In this document: positions 9,690 to 23,026 of the stretch, piece by piece
Position numbering within the stretch: the stretch's first letter is position 1
How the letters are laid out: each line of letters starts with the position of its first letter
NCBI RefSeq assembly: GCF_006345805.1
Contig: NW_021829914.1
Span: forward strand, 1-35,275
Reading direction: 5' to 3'
DNA from: Octopus sinensis
Lineage: Eukaryota
Length of the DNA: 35,275 bases
Notes under the pieces: generated by a model
Databases searched by the model: none
Told to the model about the DNA's origin: nothing
What the model saw: only the letters and a program-made list of their open reading frames with translations
Translations under genes and position numbers: made by a program

Positions 9690-12350
9690 TCAATAGCTAG
9701 CAAGCCATGCAACTCCAGACTGATGATGAGTAATGAGTGACAAGTCGTATAGAGAGTCTTTAACTGGCAAACAAAGGCGCAAGATCTATGGATAGGAAAT
9801 GATGTAAAATGCCTTTCACCAGCATTTCGCCCGGTTGTTCGGGGAGAGCGGAGCGCTTGAGCGTGGGGATCCCTTAAAGGACTTTTTAGCCGGTGAGCCG
9901 CGACTCTCGGCACGGGAGGCGGAATGCTGTGAAGGACCGATTACTCCTGCGGAGGTAAAAGAGTGCGCCGGGGAAAAGTCGCCGGGGCTGGTTGGTTGAC
10001 CCTATGAGTTTTATGGTAGTATGCCGGACTTGTTCGGGGACCTGCTGGCCAGCTTCTATGCAAACTGGCAATAGAATGGGAGGATTCCCAGCTCTGTGAG
10101 TCGGGGAGTGGTTACGCTGATCCAGAAGGATCCGAGCAAGGGGGATGATAATGGTAATTATATGCCCATAACTCTACTTAATGTAGACTTAAATATTTTG
10201 GCCAAAGTGTTATCCAAAAGGTTGACGCGTGTCGTGGAGAAACTGTGGATGCATTGAGCTAAGAAGATGTTACTCCACATAACCCAAAGGTTTTCTGCTT
10301 GGCTGCCACTTGTAGGGAAGGCGCAGACATGCGCCATCCCAGGCAGGTCGATCCAGGACAATCTTCATCTTATACGCTGCGCCTTAGATAGGGTGGGTAA
10401 ATTAACCGGCAAAGGTGGGGCATTGGTCCTTTTAGAGCAAAGTAAAGCGTTTGATAGGGTAGACCACCAGTACCTGGCGGTGGTCCTCGAAGCGGCTGGG
10501 TTGGGCTCAGACTTCTGTAGGTGGATCTTCGCTATGTATAGCGGCATCCAGTCCACCGTCCAGATTACCTGTCGGAGCCGTTTTTGATCAAGCACTCAGT
10601 TCATCAAGGGTTTCCTTTGTCTCCGCTTCTGCAGCGGAAGTTGGAGAAGTTGGGAGGCAACCCTAATGAAATCGGATGCGGTAAGTCGGTCTCTGCTTAT
10701 GCGGATGATGTCATATTCATCGTATCGTGGAGGCGCAATGGTCCAGTGGTTAGGGCAGCGGACTCGCGGTCATAAGATCGCGGTTTCGATTCCCAGACCG
10801 GGCGTTGTGAGTGTTTATTGAGCGAAAACACCTAAAAGCTCCACGAGGTTCCGACAGGGGATGGTGGTGATCCCTGCTGTACTCTTTCACCACAACTTTC
10901 TTTCACTCTTACTTCCTGTTTCTGTTGTACCTGTATTTCAAGGGGCCGGCCTTGTCACTCTCTGTGTCACGCTGAATATCCCCGAGAACTACGTTAAGGC
11001 TGCACGTGTCTGTGGAGTGCTCAGCCACTTACACGTTAATTTCACGAGCAGGCTGTTCCGTTGATTCGGATCAACCGGAACCCTCGTCGTCGTAACCGAC
11101 GGAGTGCTTCCCATCCATTCATCGTATCCAATCAAGAGCAGCTACCTTGTGTAGAGGACGCTATCAAAGGATACGAGGCGATGGCAGGGGCAAAAGTTAA
11201 CAAGGACAAGTTCATCGGCTTGCGCCTCGGCACCTGGATGAACAAGTCGATATCGTCCAGTGTCGTGGGTGACTGGACAGATGGTCCTGTTAAGTTGCTT
11301 GGAGTTTGGTTTGGACCGGACTCCCAGACAGAAGAATTTGAGCGAGGTGGCAGACAAGGTGGAGGCTCTAGTCCGGACTTGGTCCCGAAGGGCTCTGTCC
11401 TTGAAAGGAAGGGCGGAGGTGGTACAGGTGTTTATTACCTCTGTCATCACCTACCGCCTGACCGTTGTCCCTTGCTCCGATTCGTGGCTAAACATGTTGG
11501 AGCACCTCCTTTTCCGCTTTCTGTGGAAGGGAAGAAAGCCACTTGCGAGGCGCTCCGTTTACTACCAGGAACCGCTAAAGGGTGGGTTAGGGATGCCTTC
11601 GCTAATAATGTGCAGACATACGCTGAGGCTGAGGTATCTCTGGCGCTACCTGGAAGGTGATAAGGTGTGGAATCCGCTGACAGATGAATTCTTTCCGCGA
11701 CCAGCCTCCTTCGAAAGAGTCAAACTCAGTTTCATTAAAAGACGTACCCTGACTGTATGGCAAAAAGAGTGTTGACAGGTACTCGTGCTTATCCGCAAGA
11801 CGGGCAAGGCCGGCAGTAGGAATACCACCTCCATTTTGTATAGAGGGCTGGTAGAGAATAAAAACGATGACCCCTAGGAGGGGCTCTGAGGTTCGATGAG
11901 AACCAACTTGCCAATCTGTTTCAAAAAACTTTCGGGCCAGGGTATTTGGATAATTACCAAAGGTCCCTGACCTGGCAGTGCTACATGAACGCTTTACCTA
12001 TTCGCGATAAGTTATCCAGGCACGGAATGTCAGTGCCAACGGCATGTCTAAGATGTAGGCTGGACGATGAAACCATCCAGCGCGCTTTTGTACATTGTCG
12101 GGAGCTGTCAGGCTTGATGATTTACGTTGAACACGTGTTGTCGCATCTGGAAACAGTATAGTTATCGGCTGAATCTATAATAAAGATTGAACTCTCGAAG
12201 GAAGGTGAGGTATATTTTTTCTGTACAGTTGCTGTGCTGAAAGAATGTGTTTAGAAGACTAGAATGCAAGGACTCACGAGGCAATCCTTTATCTCTGACC
12301 CCGGTTTGCGACAGTACTTCAGGTATCATCTGAAGATGATTAAAATGTTT
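9690..12350 (+). pseudogene. Decayed 5'-truncated L1/Tx1-clade non-LTR retrotransposon ORF2 (RT plus C-terminal zinc knuckle)
   Basis: Frameshifted segments read KSPGLVG*PYEFY, NYMPITLLNVDLNILAKVL, QTCAIPGRSIQDNL, EQSKAFDRVDH, QGFPLSPLL, YADD (about 10698), AKVNKDK, VKLLGVWFG, GGLGMP and CLRC...ETIQRAFVHC. Several stops; interrupted by two insertions. Confidence 0.9.
10727..11116 (+). mobile_element. tRNA-derived SINE (head A + tail X) inserted in the LINE RT
   Basis: A-box tggtccagtgg, B-box-like ggtttcgattcc. Perfect 12-bp TSD attcatcgtatc at 10715-10726 and 11117-11128; removal restores YADDVIFIVSNQEQL. Confidence 0.93.
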
Positions 12351-14440
12351 TGAATGCTTGCCATGGTGAGTCTACTGTCGTGAGAAAGAATCACTTCAAA
12401 ACTTGGTGTTTAGGAATTTTCTTTTACATCAAGTTCAAAATTTTACGCCAGCCGTTAAACTGCCACTACGTTGCTGTCCGTCGTTAAGAAATAACAGCCA
12501 TGGTGAGTCTACTATCCTCAGATTCTATCCCTTAAAACTTTGGTTTCCAATATTTTTATTCAGCTCGCAAGTTCGTCTGTCCCTTTTAAATGTTAGTGTT
12601 TTGCTGTCTACCTTGAAGCAGACCTTTCCGTTGTCACTGCCTGATATTTATGATTGATCTTTCAAAATATTTTCTTTCTCAACTTACTCAAGATCTTTTG
12701 TTGTTTATAAATGGGAGAGCGATAGATAGAGAAAGATAGAGAGTAAGAGAAAGCGAGGGAGAGTCCGAGAGAAAGGAAGAGTAAGACAGTGAGAAAGTGA
12801 GAAAGAAAGGAGAGAGAAACAAAGAGGGAGAATGTGGTGATAAAAAACAGAAAGGAAGCAACAGAAAGTAACAACCACACTCTTACCCGCGCGTAGAGCG
12901 GGTCACCTTTAGCTAGTCTGTATATATTTTCAAAAGGAGGTTCAATAAAATTTTTATTGTAAGTTTTTCTCTCTTGTTATTTACACTCCATTCTGAAGTT
13001 TCACGCCCCTTTAACACCAGATTATTGCACTGATCCACCGGTAAGGTTCCACCTTGGAAAACATTAGCTCAGAGCGTCAAAAAGTTACATAGAAATTATA
13101 TTGTTGCTGCTATTTCTATATGATGGTTACAGGCTTGGTTATGTAGTTAAAAGGCTCGCTTCAGAAATACATCATTTATGCTTCGAGCCCATTGTGCGAC
13201 ATGCTTGGCGAGTGTTTTCTAGTAAAACTTGGGTTGACTTATGAGTGGATGCTAGTTTGTTGGTTGATTGGTGAAATTTTCCAGCCCCGCTTTTTATCCT
13301 ATAAAGTTAGGTGAAGAGAAGGTAAAATGGAGATACAAAGATAGCTAAAGTAAGATGTACAGTGTGAGTGCGCATGCCAAACTTGATGGAAGGGGGAGGA
13401 GAAGGAGAGGGAGGATAGAAATAAAGAGAGAGAGAGAGAGAGAGTTATATTAATAAGAAATTTGTTTTATTTAATGTCACTTTAAGGTAATAATATTTTT
13501 CTTTTGAAAATTAAAATAATTGTTTTACCATCTTGTACAAGGAGCAAGAAATTTGATAAAAGTTGAATTATAATTATTGTATATGTGCCATATTTCCTGA
13601 TATTACCCATGGTGGTAAACGTTATACTTCCAAAATTACCATTCAGAGAACGGGTTTCTGTTGTCCAGTTACATTCGGATTATGTATGTATGTATGTATG
13701 TATGTATGTATGTATGTATGTATGTATATATGCACTCATGTATGTATCTGCGTGTATAAAATTTGTGGTCCATATAACTGATTCTGTGGTCTGGAAGATC
13801 GGGACATACTCATGGTCTTCTAAGACGTTCCGAAAATGGTGAAATTGATGACGTTATTGCTCCACTTGAACAGTTACAAGTCGATGGTTGTAGAAAGTCA
13901 TGTGCCAGGATTGAGTTCTTGAGAATCGACGTTCAGAGAAGGAATACTGGATATTGCAGTTAGTGTGGGATTTGTGGATGAGAGGGGGAGAGATTACTAA
14001 TTCGCGAGTGCCTGAACGGAGAATGCACTTGATAAACAAGGCCGTATTTTTAATGAGTGCTCAGAAATTTCTCGTGTCATTTAATCTTATATGGCTGTTT
14101 GTTGAAAGGCGGATTAAAGCCGACACTACTACTATTTATTTCGTAGTTAACTTGAATAAAAGCTGAGTTTGTCTTTACACTAGATATTCATGATCTATTA
14201 TAGTAATAACTGCCAATTTTATCTAAGGTTGCCCGTTCAGGAAACTTCTACGTACATTGCTAAAATCTTAAAATATTGGAAGGGTAGTTAGAATGTATAT
14301 TTCTTTACAAGATCGTTAAGCTAGTTTTATTTATGGTTCATATATAGCAGTTTCTACGTTCAACGTTTCATCTGAGAAAACTGTTTATATCTGAAGGCGA
14401 CTGCAATGCTATGGCCGAGGTTATTGAAGGTGCTTATTAA

Positions 14441-14558
<118 letters not shown>

Positions 14559-14698
14559 GCTGTCGTCATGTATGTTCGCACATATGTGTTTATTAATACA
14601 TACACACAGACACTCACATAAACACATATACACACTAATTTTTATGTCTAAACACGAAGTATCTAAATTCTTATGACGTAAACCACAAAATGAATGCC

Positions 14699-14753
<55 letters not shown>

Positions 14754-14803
14754 TTATGTGAAAGTGTGTACACACATACACATACAATGGTAGATAGATA
14801 AAA

Positions 14804-15110
14804 GGAAGAATGAGCGAAAATGCCTTTAAGGAATAATACACAGAGTTGGCTTCATTCAAACACAAGAAAAAAAAAAGACGCTACATCTATTTCCAATAAT
14901 GTATGGAGTCTAAAAGATTGGAATGTGGAAAATTCTCTAATAAATCCGAGCATTACAGTCAAGGCTAGCAAAGAGAAGTGATCAGACAACAAGTGCAATA
15001 TTTATATCACAGAGAAGCTGAATATCTTGAACAGCAAACATTGAATATCATAGAAGAGATTTCTTCTCCATGCTTACACACACAGCAGTTTAATATGCAG
15101 AATTTTGAGC
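14804..15110 (+). pseudogene. Decayed Penelope-like GIY-YIG endonuclease C-terminal region
   Basis: Frameshifted pieces ENAFK, SFKHKKK, ATSISNNVWSLKDWNVENSL, CNIYITEKLNIL and LNIIEEISSPCLHTQQFNMQNF fit the PLE pattern TSLS..VW.LK...C.LC..EK..IL...LN.R.E..S.C.H...F. Recognised from memory. Confidence 0.55.
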
Positions 15111-15347
15111 GTACCACTTATACTCTATTTCTCATCTATTCCCCACTCTCCAATGTCCATAACCACTATGCATGAAAACTCTCGAGTACTCATACATAAT
15201 ACTTAACACCCATGCATAACAATAGTGAAAAGTATATAAATATTGTGAAATTCTTAAAATAATTAATATGCATGGGTGCGTGCATTAACTTAAGTGTCGG
15301 TATCGGTGGTTATATATATTTATGTATGAGTGAGAATGTGTATATAA

Positions 15348-15456
<109 letters not shown>

Positions 15457-15457
15457 A

Positions 15458-15568
<111 letters not shown>

Positions 15569-15617
15569 GCTAGCTATCTATGTATGTGGGGTATAGGTGT
15601 GTATGTATGCATATATG

Positions 15618-15651
<34 letters not shown>

Positions 15652-15950
15652 TGTATATAAATATATATATATTCATATGTATGCGTGCGTTGTGCGTGTG
15701 TGTGCTTTCTCTCTACACATTGCATAACGCGGAGACATGCATGGATACAAACAGCTATAATATATGACATACTTGCATTAATTAATATTTATGTAAATTC
15801 CCATATATTCATATAAACTCTCAAATAAATGTACTCCGTGTGATTGCATCAACGCAGATGTAAATCGCATAGCACACATACTAACATCCCCGCGCAAAAG
15901 TATATTTCACACATTGTCCGGGGTATGCACATGTACTACTCGATCATATA

Positions 15951-16727
15951 CGAGGGACGTTCAATAAGTAATGCCACTGATCCACTTGCAGTTGTTTGAT
16001 CTAGCTGAAATTTTGCATGTGCAATTATTTATATCTCTATAGATTAAATAGCAAATTATAGCCCTGAACTAATTGTGGTGTCTGATTTACAGGTGTTTGG
16101 ACTGAGTCAAGTGTGAAATGTTGAGTGTCGAGCAGTGATCCGGTTTTTGTATTTCAATGGATGCTCACCACGGGACACTTTTGATGAAATGAAAGTAACT
16201 TATGGTGATGATGCCCCATCATATGACCTTGTAAAACGCTGGCATCGTGAATTCAAACATGGTCGGAACTCTGTGGAAACAGCTCCCAGATCTGGTCGCC
16301 TCTCTTCTGCCATTGATGAGGCATCTGTCCGTCAAGTTGAGGCTGCCATTTTGGAAGATCGACGCATAACTATTCGCCAAATAGCCCATGAGGTCAAGAT
16401 TAGTACCGGGTCTGTGGAAGCTATCATTCATCCCCCTACTCTCCTGACCTTGCACCCTCTGATCTCACCTCTTCCCAGCCATGAAGTTGTTTTTGAAAGG
16501 AAAGCGTTTCCCAGATGATGCAGCCTTGATTTCTGAAGTCACGTCGTGGCTGGAGGACCAAGCTGGGGTCTTCTACAAAAACGGTCTCCAGAGCTGCATC
16601 AAACAATGGGAGAAATGCATAACTCTGGGTGGTTCCCATGTAGAAAAAGAATAATAACTGTGCCAAGTTTCGTTGCTCTACTGCTATGGGGAGTGGGTCA
16701 GGGGCATTACTTATTGAACGCCCCTCG
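15951..16727 (+). mobile_element. Internally deleted mariner element (777 bp)
   Basis: 36-bp TIRs (15951-15986 and 16692-16727, 3 mismatches); TA TSDs at 15949-15950 and 16728-16729. HTH region (RAVIRFLYF...VKRWHREFKHGR..RSGR) is fused directly to PYSPDLAPSD and the C-terminus (QWEKCI..GG..VEK). Confidence 0.94.
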
Positions 16728-17007
16728 TACACCATAAACTGCCAACAACTGAGGAGAATATACACGGGTAAGGATCAGAGTTTTTAAACCCATTTCTAAC
16801 GTAAGGGAAATACAAACTGCCAATGCTCCTGAATATTTACATCCCCTTACCTGTATATCTAATTTTTTCACTTTGCATTATCTTATAACTTTTGAAGTCT
16901 CACGTAGCTCAACTCCAAAATGGAGACGGATTACCATCATTTTTAAGAGTGGGACACTTGAAAATTGAAAACTGTAATGAGGGAACCCTGAGATATCGAA
17001 TTTAGAC

Positions 17008-17008
<1 letters not shown>

Positions 17009-17069
<61 letters not shown>

Positions 17070-17098
17070 TTAATAATAATAATATTAATAATAATAAT
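17009..17098. repeat. (TAA)n microsatellite
   Basis: Direct reading. Confidence 0.97.
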
Positions 17099-17156
17099 AG
17101 GGAGTATAACTCCAAACTTACAGGGAAAAATTCAATTTAGTATTAAATTAAATTTC

Positions 17157-17226
<70 letters not shown>

Positions 17227-17490
17227 AATTTGAGAAAAACCACTATTATGTAATTCAAACAATGATAGACATAAAACATACTATATAGAAAAGGTAAAAT
17301 ATATGATAAAACATTTACCTAGATCACAATAAAGTACATGACAATAAACAGTATATAATTAATAGACTACGTACGTTTCGTGGCAATATCTTCAATTCGA
17401 ATTCCAATCAAATTTAACTTTAATCGATCCAAAAACAATTCAATTTAAAAGTATAGTCACTCCTCAGGTCAACAATAACAACAATGGTGG
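17099..17490 (-). mobile_element. PLE-type terminal region with hammerhead
   Basis: End motif gggagtataactccaaacttacagggaaaaattcaatttag...gagaaaaaccactatt is homologous to the reverse complement of 24830-24925; hammerhead at 17365-17470. Confidence 0.6.
17365..17470 (-). ncRNA. Type I hammerhead with long loop 2
   Basis: Minus strand: GAC CUGAGGA GUG [75 nt] CAC GAAA CGUACG UA GUC. Helix III palindrome ACGUACGU, GUA site. Confidence 0.75.
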
Positions 17491-18039
17491 TTAAATAAAT
17501 ACATATTTTAATAAATAATCAAACAGAATTAAACAATATTTCTTAAAGAAATAAAAACATGATTCTTCTTATAAAAGAAATTTCGTGTATAAATATACAG
17601 ATATTTATCTTGTTTGATACCTGTGTCTCCACCACGAAGACAGAGGCTGGATTTACTAAGTGTTTATATGCTTTCATTTCTGGTTGCATTTCTTTAACTT
17701 TTTGCGAACTACATCTACCAACATTCCAAGCCCCCAGAAATAGTTGTCGGACTGTAATACTTTCCTTCTTCCCTTAATTTTGTGTTTTTGTACTCTGTGT
17801 AAATCTGCTTTGTTAATATATAAATATCTATACATTTATACATTAATATTCATCGCTTGAATATTTTTATTTGAATTATTTGTTTAGTTGCATCTTAATC
17901 TCCATATCCGTTGATCTGGACTCCTCTTATAGTTACTCTTAGCCCCGAAGACTTAATCCCCGGTAATTCGGAGTATGAGCTCAAAACAATTGAGCGCTAC
18001 TCAGTGTTTTCTATATTGAACATCTCTAGATCTCATCTG

Positions 18040-18380
18040 TATCGTGAGAAGTTTGCTTCCCAATCACATTGCCACTGCATGGCACCTTGCGCAAGTATCT
18101 TCTACTATAGCATCGGGCCGACCAAAGCCTTGTGAATGGATTTGGTAGATGGAAACTGAAAGAAATCCGTCGTATATGTGTGTGTGTGTTTATCTCCCTC
18201 CTATCAGCTGACAACCGATGTTGGTGTGTCCACGTTCTCGTAACTTAGCGGTTTGGCAAAAAAGACCGATAGAATAAGTACTTGGCTTACAAAGAATAAG
18301 TCCTGGGGTCAATTTGTTCGACTAAAGGCGGTACTCCAGTATGGCCGCAGTCAATTGATTGAAACAAGTAAAGAATAAAA
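18040..18380 (+). mobile_element. SINE family 1
   Basis: gagaagtttgcttcccaatcacat..gaccaaagccttgtgaatggatttggtaga..cctggggtcaatttgttcgactaaaggcggtactccagtatggccgcagtc. Confidence 0.85.
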
Positions 18381-19429
18381 GGATGTATATGTGTGTGTGT
18401 GTGTATTTAGATATATATTTAAGGCATAAAAACTGGAGGTAGTTAGGAGCAAAGCCAATTGGGACCGATCTCGCATTATTTCTCTTTTTATGTATTTGCA
18501 TAATGTTCTTTTGCACCTACACACATTCATGTACGTATACACGTACATGTATGTATACACATATGTATATGATTCAATTCATATGCAACAGTTTACAAAA
18601 ATTGTTGTAAGTATAGATTCGTGTGAGTGCATTGTTGCGTATCACCCATATCACACAAGAAATATTGAAAAAAAAAAAGCAAAGATACAACGACGAGAAC
18701 AAACTAATCCAAAGTAACGAAGGAAAAATATAAAAGACAACAAATTAATAGCAAAGAAAATATAAATAAATACCTCCTACAGATATATAGACTATATCTT
18801 TCTTCAAGTGAAACGTTTTTCACATTAGTTTCTCGTTTGCAGCAGACATCAGAGATTCTCCATAATTTAGAATATATAAGATTACATTTCAACTTTTATC
18901 TGCTCCAGCAAGATTTTGAAAGAAAGAGAAAAAACCCCTAACAAACGCGAAAAAAAAAAACAACTACAAAAACAACAGTGACAACTAAAAAAATTCTTTA
19001 AAAAGAATTAAAACACGAAAGAGTTGAAAAATTAACCCGAAACGGGGTTTTTAATCAGCTTCGCTTAATTAATAACGTCACATGACTTTCTAGAGTTATT
19101 CAGCCGTAGAAGATGGTAAATTGTGATATCTGCGAGGAAATGAACCTGGAAAAGAAAGGTGGGGATATGTGTGGGGTGGAACAGTTGGGGGCGCGTAGGA
19201 TATGTGGTGGCGAGGTGGTATGTGTGCGTGTGTGCATGGTGTATAGTGTGTGGGTGATGGTGATAACAGCTTGGAATTGAATATTTAAAAAATATAATTT
19301 AGCTTGCATTTTGGCTGATATTTTGTTGCTGTTGTTGTTGTTGTTGACTTAGCTGTTTGCCAGGACACACCCAGTTACTCTTTAACCGTAAATTACCAAG
19401 GCAACAAGAGTCTCTCTACGTGGCTTCTC

Positions 19430-20130
19430 ATCTTGCTAGAAATAAGAAAAAAATTTCTTCAAATCACACTATGCTGTTAAATAGAGGAGACACCGGACAA
19501 TGTAGTCTCTAAACAGACAGACAATCACGGATGGAAAGCCTTTGATCATTATTCACCTAGATAATCAGAGCTGAAGCACAAAACCGATGAGAAACGAAAC
19601 CGCGGTGCGTACGCTTCAACTGCTAAATCTCCCTAAAACTCTTTCATGCCATTTTAAAATGGGAAGTATATATCCTACAAAATGGCCCTTGATATAAGAT
19701 GAGGTGGCCAAAGCTGGATCGCCTTTGAACATAGGTTTTCTCAATAAACAACAGAACAACTAACTAACAGCATCTCGTTTGATTTGTGAGAAATAGCAGC
19801 CAAATATCCCTCTAATCATACCACACAATAGGACATTATATATTGTAGATTTAAATAGCCATAAAATGCTGTATGATAACGTTTGAAATATTTTCGATCA
19901 TTGGCTTATTAGATTAGTGCTGATCTGTAATTAAGCAACAACGACTCCTTTATGCTATGGCAAGGAGGGAACCATTACGAGGTTACCTGCCTGACTTGCT
20001 AGAAAAGGCAGCCAGATTTCCCTCAAATATGTGCTATTTTAGAGAATGAAATGACACATTGGATAGGGTAGTGCTTGGAATGTCTTTGTTCACAAGTTTT
20101 CTAAAAGGTCACCAAGAGCTTTAATTTTAA
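19430..20130 (+). repeat. Dispersed unclassified repeat (cttgctagaaatagcagccaaat.tccctcaaatcaca) fragments
   Basis: Related copies near 19433, 19788, 19994, 21840 and 34153. Confidence 0.6.
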
Positions 20131-20986
20131 CGATTTACTGAGAAGAGTGTGAAGGGTAAGGTTCATGGCACTTTTTCAGAGTCTCTGAAAGAGGTGCATA
20201 GGAGGGAGGGGAACTATATCTAGACTAGAGGCTAAAACAAGTCAATGTGTTTCCATCCTTATTACTATTCATATAAGGGCAGTGGATTGGCAGACAGAAA
20301 CGTTAGAACGTCGAAGAAAATGCCTTGCGATATTTATTCTGGCTCTGTACGTCTTGAGTTCAAATACCGCCGAGGTGAATTTAGCTTACTCCTATAAATT
20401 TCAGGTTTTGTGCTTATATTAATAATATTTACCTTTACTGTAACCCGTACCACCCCACTGCAGACTCAATCGCTCTCAGCTAGAGACTGCGGCAGTGAAA
20501 ACTACTGTCTTTACTTCCTCTATTCAGTGTCGCAATAGACACTACATGGTGTCTATTAGGTGCAACGGAAAGAGCGACTGTTTCAACTAAGGATAAGAGA
20601 CTTAGCTCAACTGTAATTACTACAAAGTTATTCAAATATAAACACACCGAGACTAAGCGCTTTACATTAGCTGTAGCCACAATAAGAGCCTACAACCATA
20701 CCAAAATTTACCTCTGCTGTTGCTACCAGGACATTCAGTTATATAAATACGGAAACCACTTCTTAGTAACAACTCACAGTGAGATTTCTGTTTTTGTATC
20801 AGCCCTTTAACAGCAATAAACTGAGTACCAATAATATGAAGTATAATTGTTTTTATGTTTATAAATAAATTTCGAAGTTAAAAAAGAAACATAAGCTCCT
20901 ATTAACCCGAGAGAGCGACTAGATTTCGATTCCCAATAGAAGCCATTTCAATTCAATGATGGCAATATTACTTGGGAAATTTTAAA

Positions 20987-21179
20987 GTGGCGAGCTGACA
21001 GATTCGCGCTTAGCGGCATTTCGTTTGTCTTTACATTTTGAGTTCAAATTCCACCGAGGTAGACTTTTCCTTTCATCCTTTCAGGGTTGATAAGATAAGT
21101 ACCAGCTGATCACTGGGGCCGATGTAATCGACTTACCCCCTCCCCGAACTTGCAGGCCTTGTGCCAAAATTTGAAATCT
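20987..21179 (+). mobile_element. SINE family 2 with TSD
   Basis: Family 2 body; atattacttgggaaa at 20965-20979 and 21180-21194, extendable to about 22 bp with 2 mismatches. Confidence 0.85.
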
Positions 21180-21367
21180 ATATTACTTGGGAAACTTCAA
21201 ACTTCTCATTACCTTCCATTTTTAATAAAGAACCATTATTTTTAAATAATGGATAAGCCGTGAGTAAATGCAGCCCCAACGTTAGATTCATTAAACATAG
21301 GATGGTTCATTGTATGTAAGAAAGAGCAAATCGCTAAGATAAATCATATTATTATAAATTACATAAA

Positions 21368-21557
21368 GGGGGTGAGCTGGCAGAATCGGAGAAAATGCTT
21401 AGCAGTATTTCTTTAGGTTCTGAGTTCAAATGTCACCGAGATCATCATTGCCTTCCATCCTTTCGGGGTTAATAAAATAAAATACTGGGGTTAGTATAAT
21501 CAACTAACCCTCACACCATAAAATTGCTTACCTTGTGTGCCAAAGTTTGAAATTGTT
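21368..21557 (+). mobile_element. SINE family 2, diverged
   Basis: ggggtgagctggcagaatcg..aaatgcttagcagtattt..ttctgagttcaaat..ccttccatcctttcgggg. Confidence 0.8.
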
Positions 21558-22779
21558 ATAAAAATTATTTAAAATATTATGATAAATCATATCATCATAA
21601 ACAGAATTTAAGTTCAGACTGACTCCTGACAAACGTTAGGTAGAGCTGTACAGGCGAAATTTACTTAATTGCATTTGTATTAGTTAAACTGGCTGTTGGG
21701 ATTACATGTTTTTCAAATGAGCTACTCACGATATACTGGCGAGTTAGGCAGAGGTGTATTTAGCTCTTACATGTTTAACTCTCCAAAAATAAATCATCGA
21801 CGATCAAACGAAGAAACATGAAAATATTCCTTTGACCTGATAAACATAGCGTCTAAATCACCCTCAAATCACATCTTGTCGTTTTTAAAAAGGTTGCAGT
21901 AGAGGACACTGGATAAAGTAGTCGTAGATTGGATGGCCGTGGTTGTAGATGCTGCTCATAGAGCTGCTCAGTCAGAACTGACCTGGGGTTAAACAACTAA
22001 GTAGCGGCTTTTATGAATCTTCGTGTTTCGTCAAATGATTATTTTTGTTATTTTTAGAAAAAAGTATGGCTAAAAGAATAAAAGGAGTCAATATCGATTG
22101 AAGAATGTTCCAGAGGATATTTACCCTCTTTTCTGACAGGGTCGGAGTATAAAAGGGCAACTTTTAAAAAATATAGTGGAGAGGTGAATTTGGTGTATTC
22201 TAATGTTGAACGCTGGGACAAAGTTCAAACCTGGTTTTAGTCATGGTGTAAGGTATCGAGTTGAAGTGTAAATTTTAGCAAACTAAGTGACAGTGTTTAG
22301 CTAGCTCGCCTGTCAAAGAGCAGCGAGCGTAAGGCACTAAGCATTAATTCGAGGTTGGCTAATAACTGCTATTTTTGTGCCACAGGGCAACTCTACGGAA
22401 ACTAAACATGATATAGGGGTCGCAGTAAGGTCGTTTTCGATCCTAACAATTTGTCTGGGGGGATGCTTTTATAAGGAGAAGAGAAAAAATATCTAAAAGT
22501 ATGTTGGACTTCTGTTGACATGTAAACTAAACAGTGTTTGAAGATTTTAAAATATCTTTGGGTTGCCCACTTTTGAAACAACACGAACAATAGGAGCGAC
22601 ATAAAGAGACAAAAGAAAACAAGAACAAAGAAGTAATGGGAAATAACCGTAAAATAAGCTATCACTAATAGAGTAAGGTGGGATAAAGAAGTGAGGAAAA
22701 GTCGGTAAGGATGAATCGCGAGGAAGGGTGGGAGGCAGCTAGAGAGAGGGAGGGAGAGCAAGAAAGAAGATTTTTTTAA

Positions 22780-23026
22780 TTTTAAGCCTGGTATTCTATC
22801 ATTTTTTTGCCGAACCGCTAGCTTACTGGGGCGTAAACACACCGAGACTAGTTTTAAGCGGTGGTCAGGGACATATACAGACACAAACGCATGCACGAAC
22901 GCAAAAGCGACGGGCTTCCTTCAGTTTGCCTCTATCATACCTACTCAGAAGGCTTTAATCAGCTTGAGACTATAGTAGAAGATAATTGTCGAAAGTGTCA
23001 CGCAATGGGACTGAACCCGGAACCAT
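22780..23026 (-). mobile_element. SINE family 1 body and tail, lacking its 5' head
   Basis: Reverse complement starts tggttccgggttcagtcccattgcgtgacac..ttctactatagtctcaag..aaactgaaggaagcccgtcg. Confidence 0.75.

Noticed and set aside
12360-12516. 17-nt repeat gccatggtgagtctact containing a splice-donor-like GTGAGT
   Set aside because: Short local duplication at the LINE 3' end with no supporting exon.
13775-14170. Non-repetitive block with 60-70 aa open frames
   Set aside because: No recognisable motif in any frame and stops on both strands; left unclassified.
17940-18000. CCGAAGA...CAAAA-CAATTG resembling a hammerhead
   Set aside because: Both core halves are mutated and helix II does not pair.
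19585-19612. CCGATGA-G-AAA-C-GAAA-CCGCGG-TG with palindromic helix III
   Set aside because: One-bp helix II, G at the cleavage position and no helix I.
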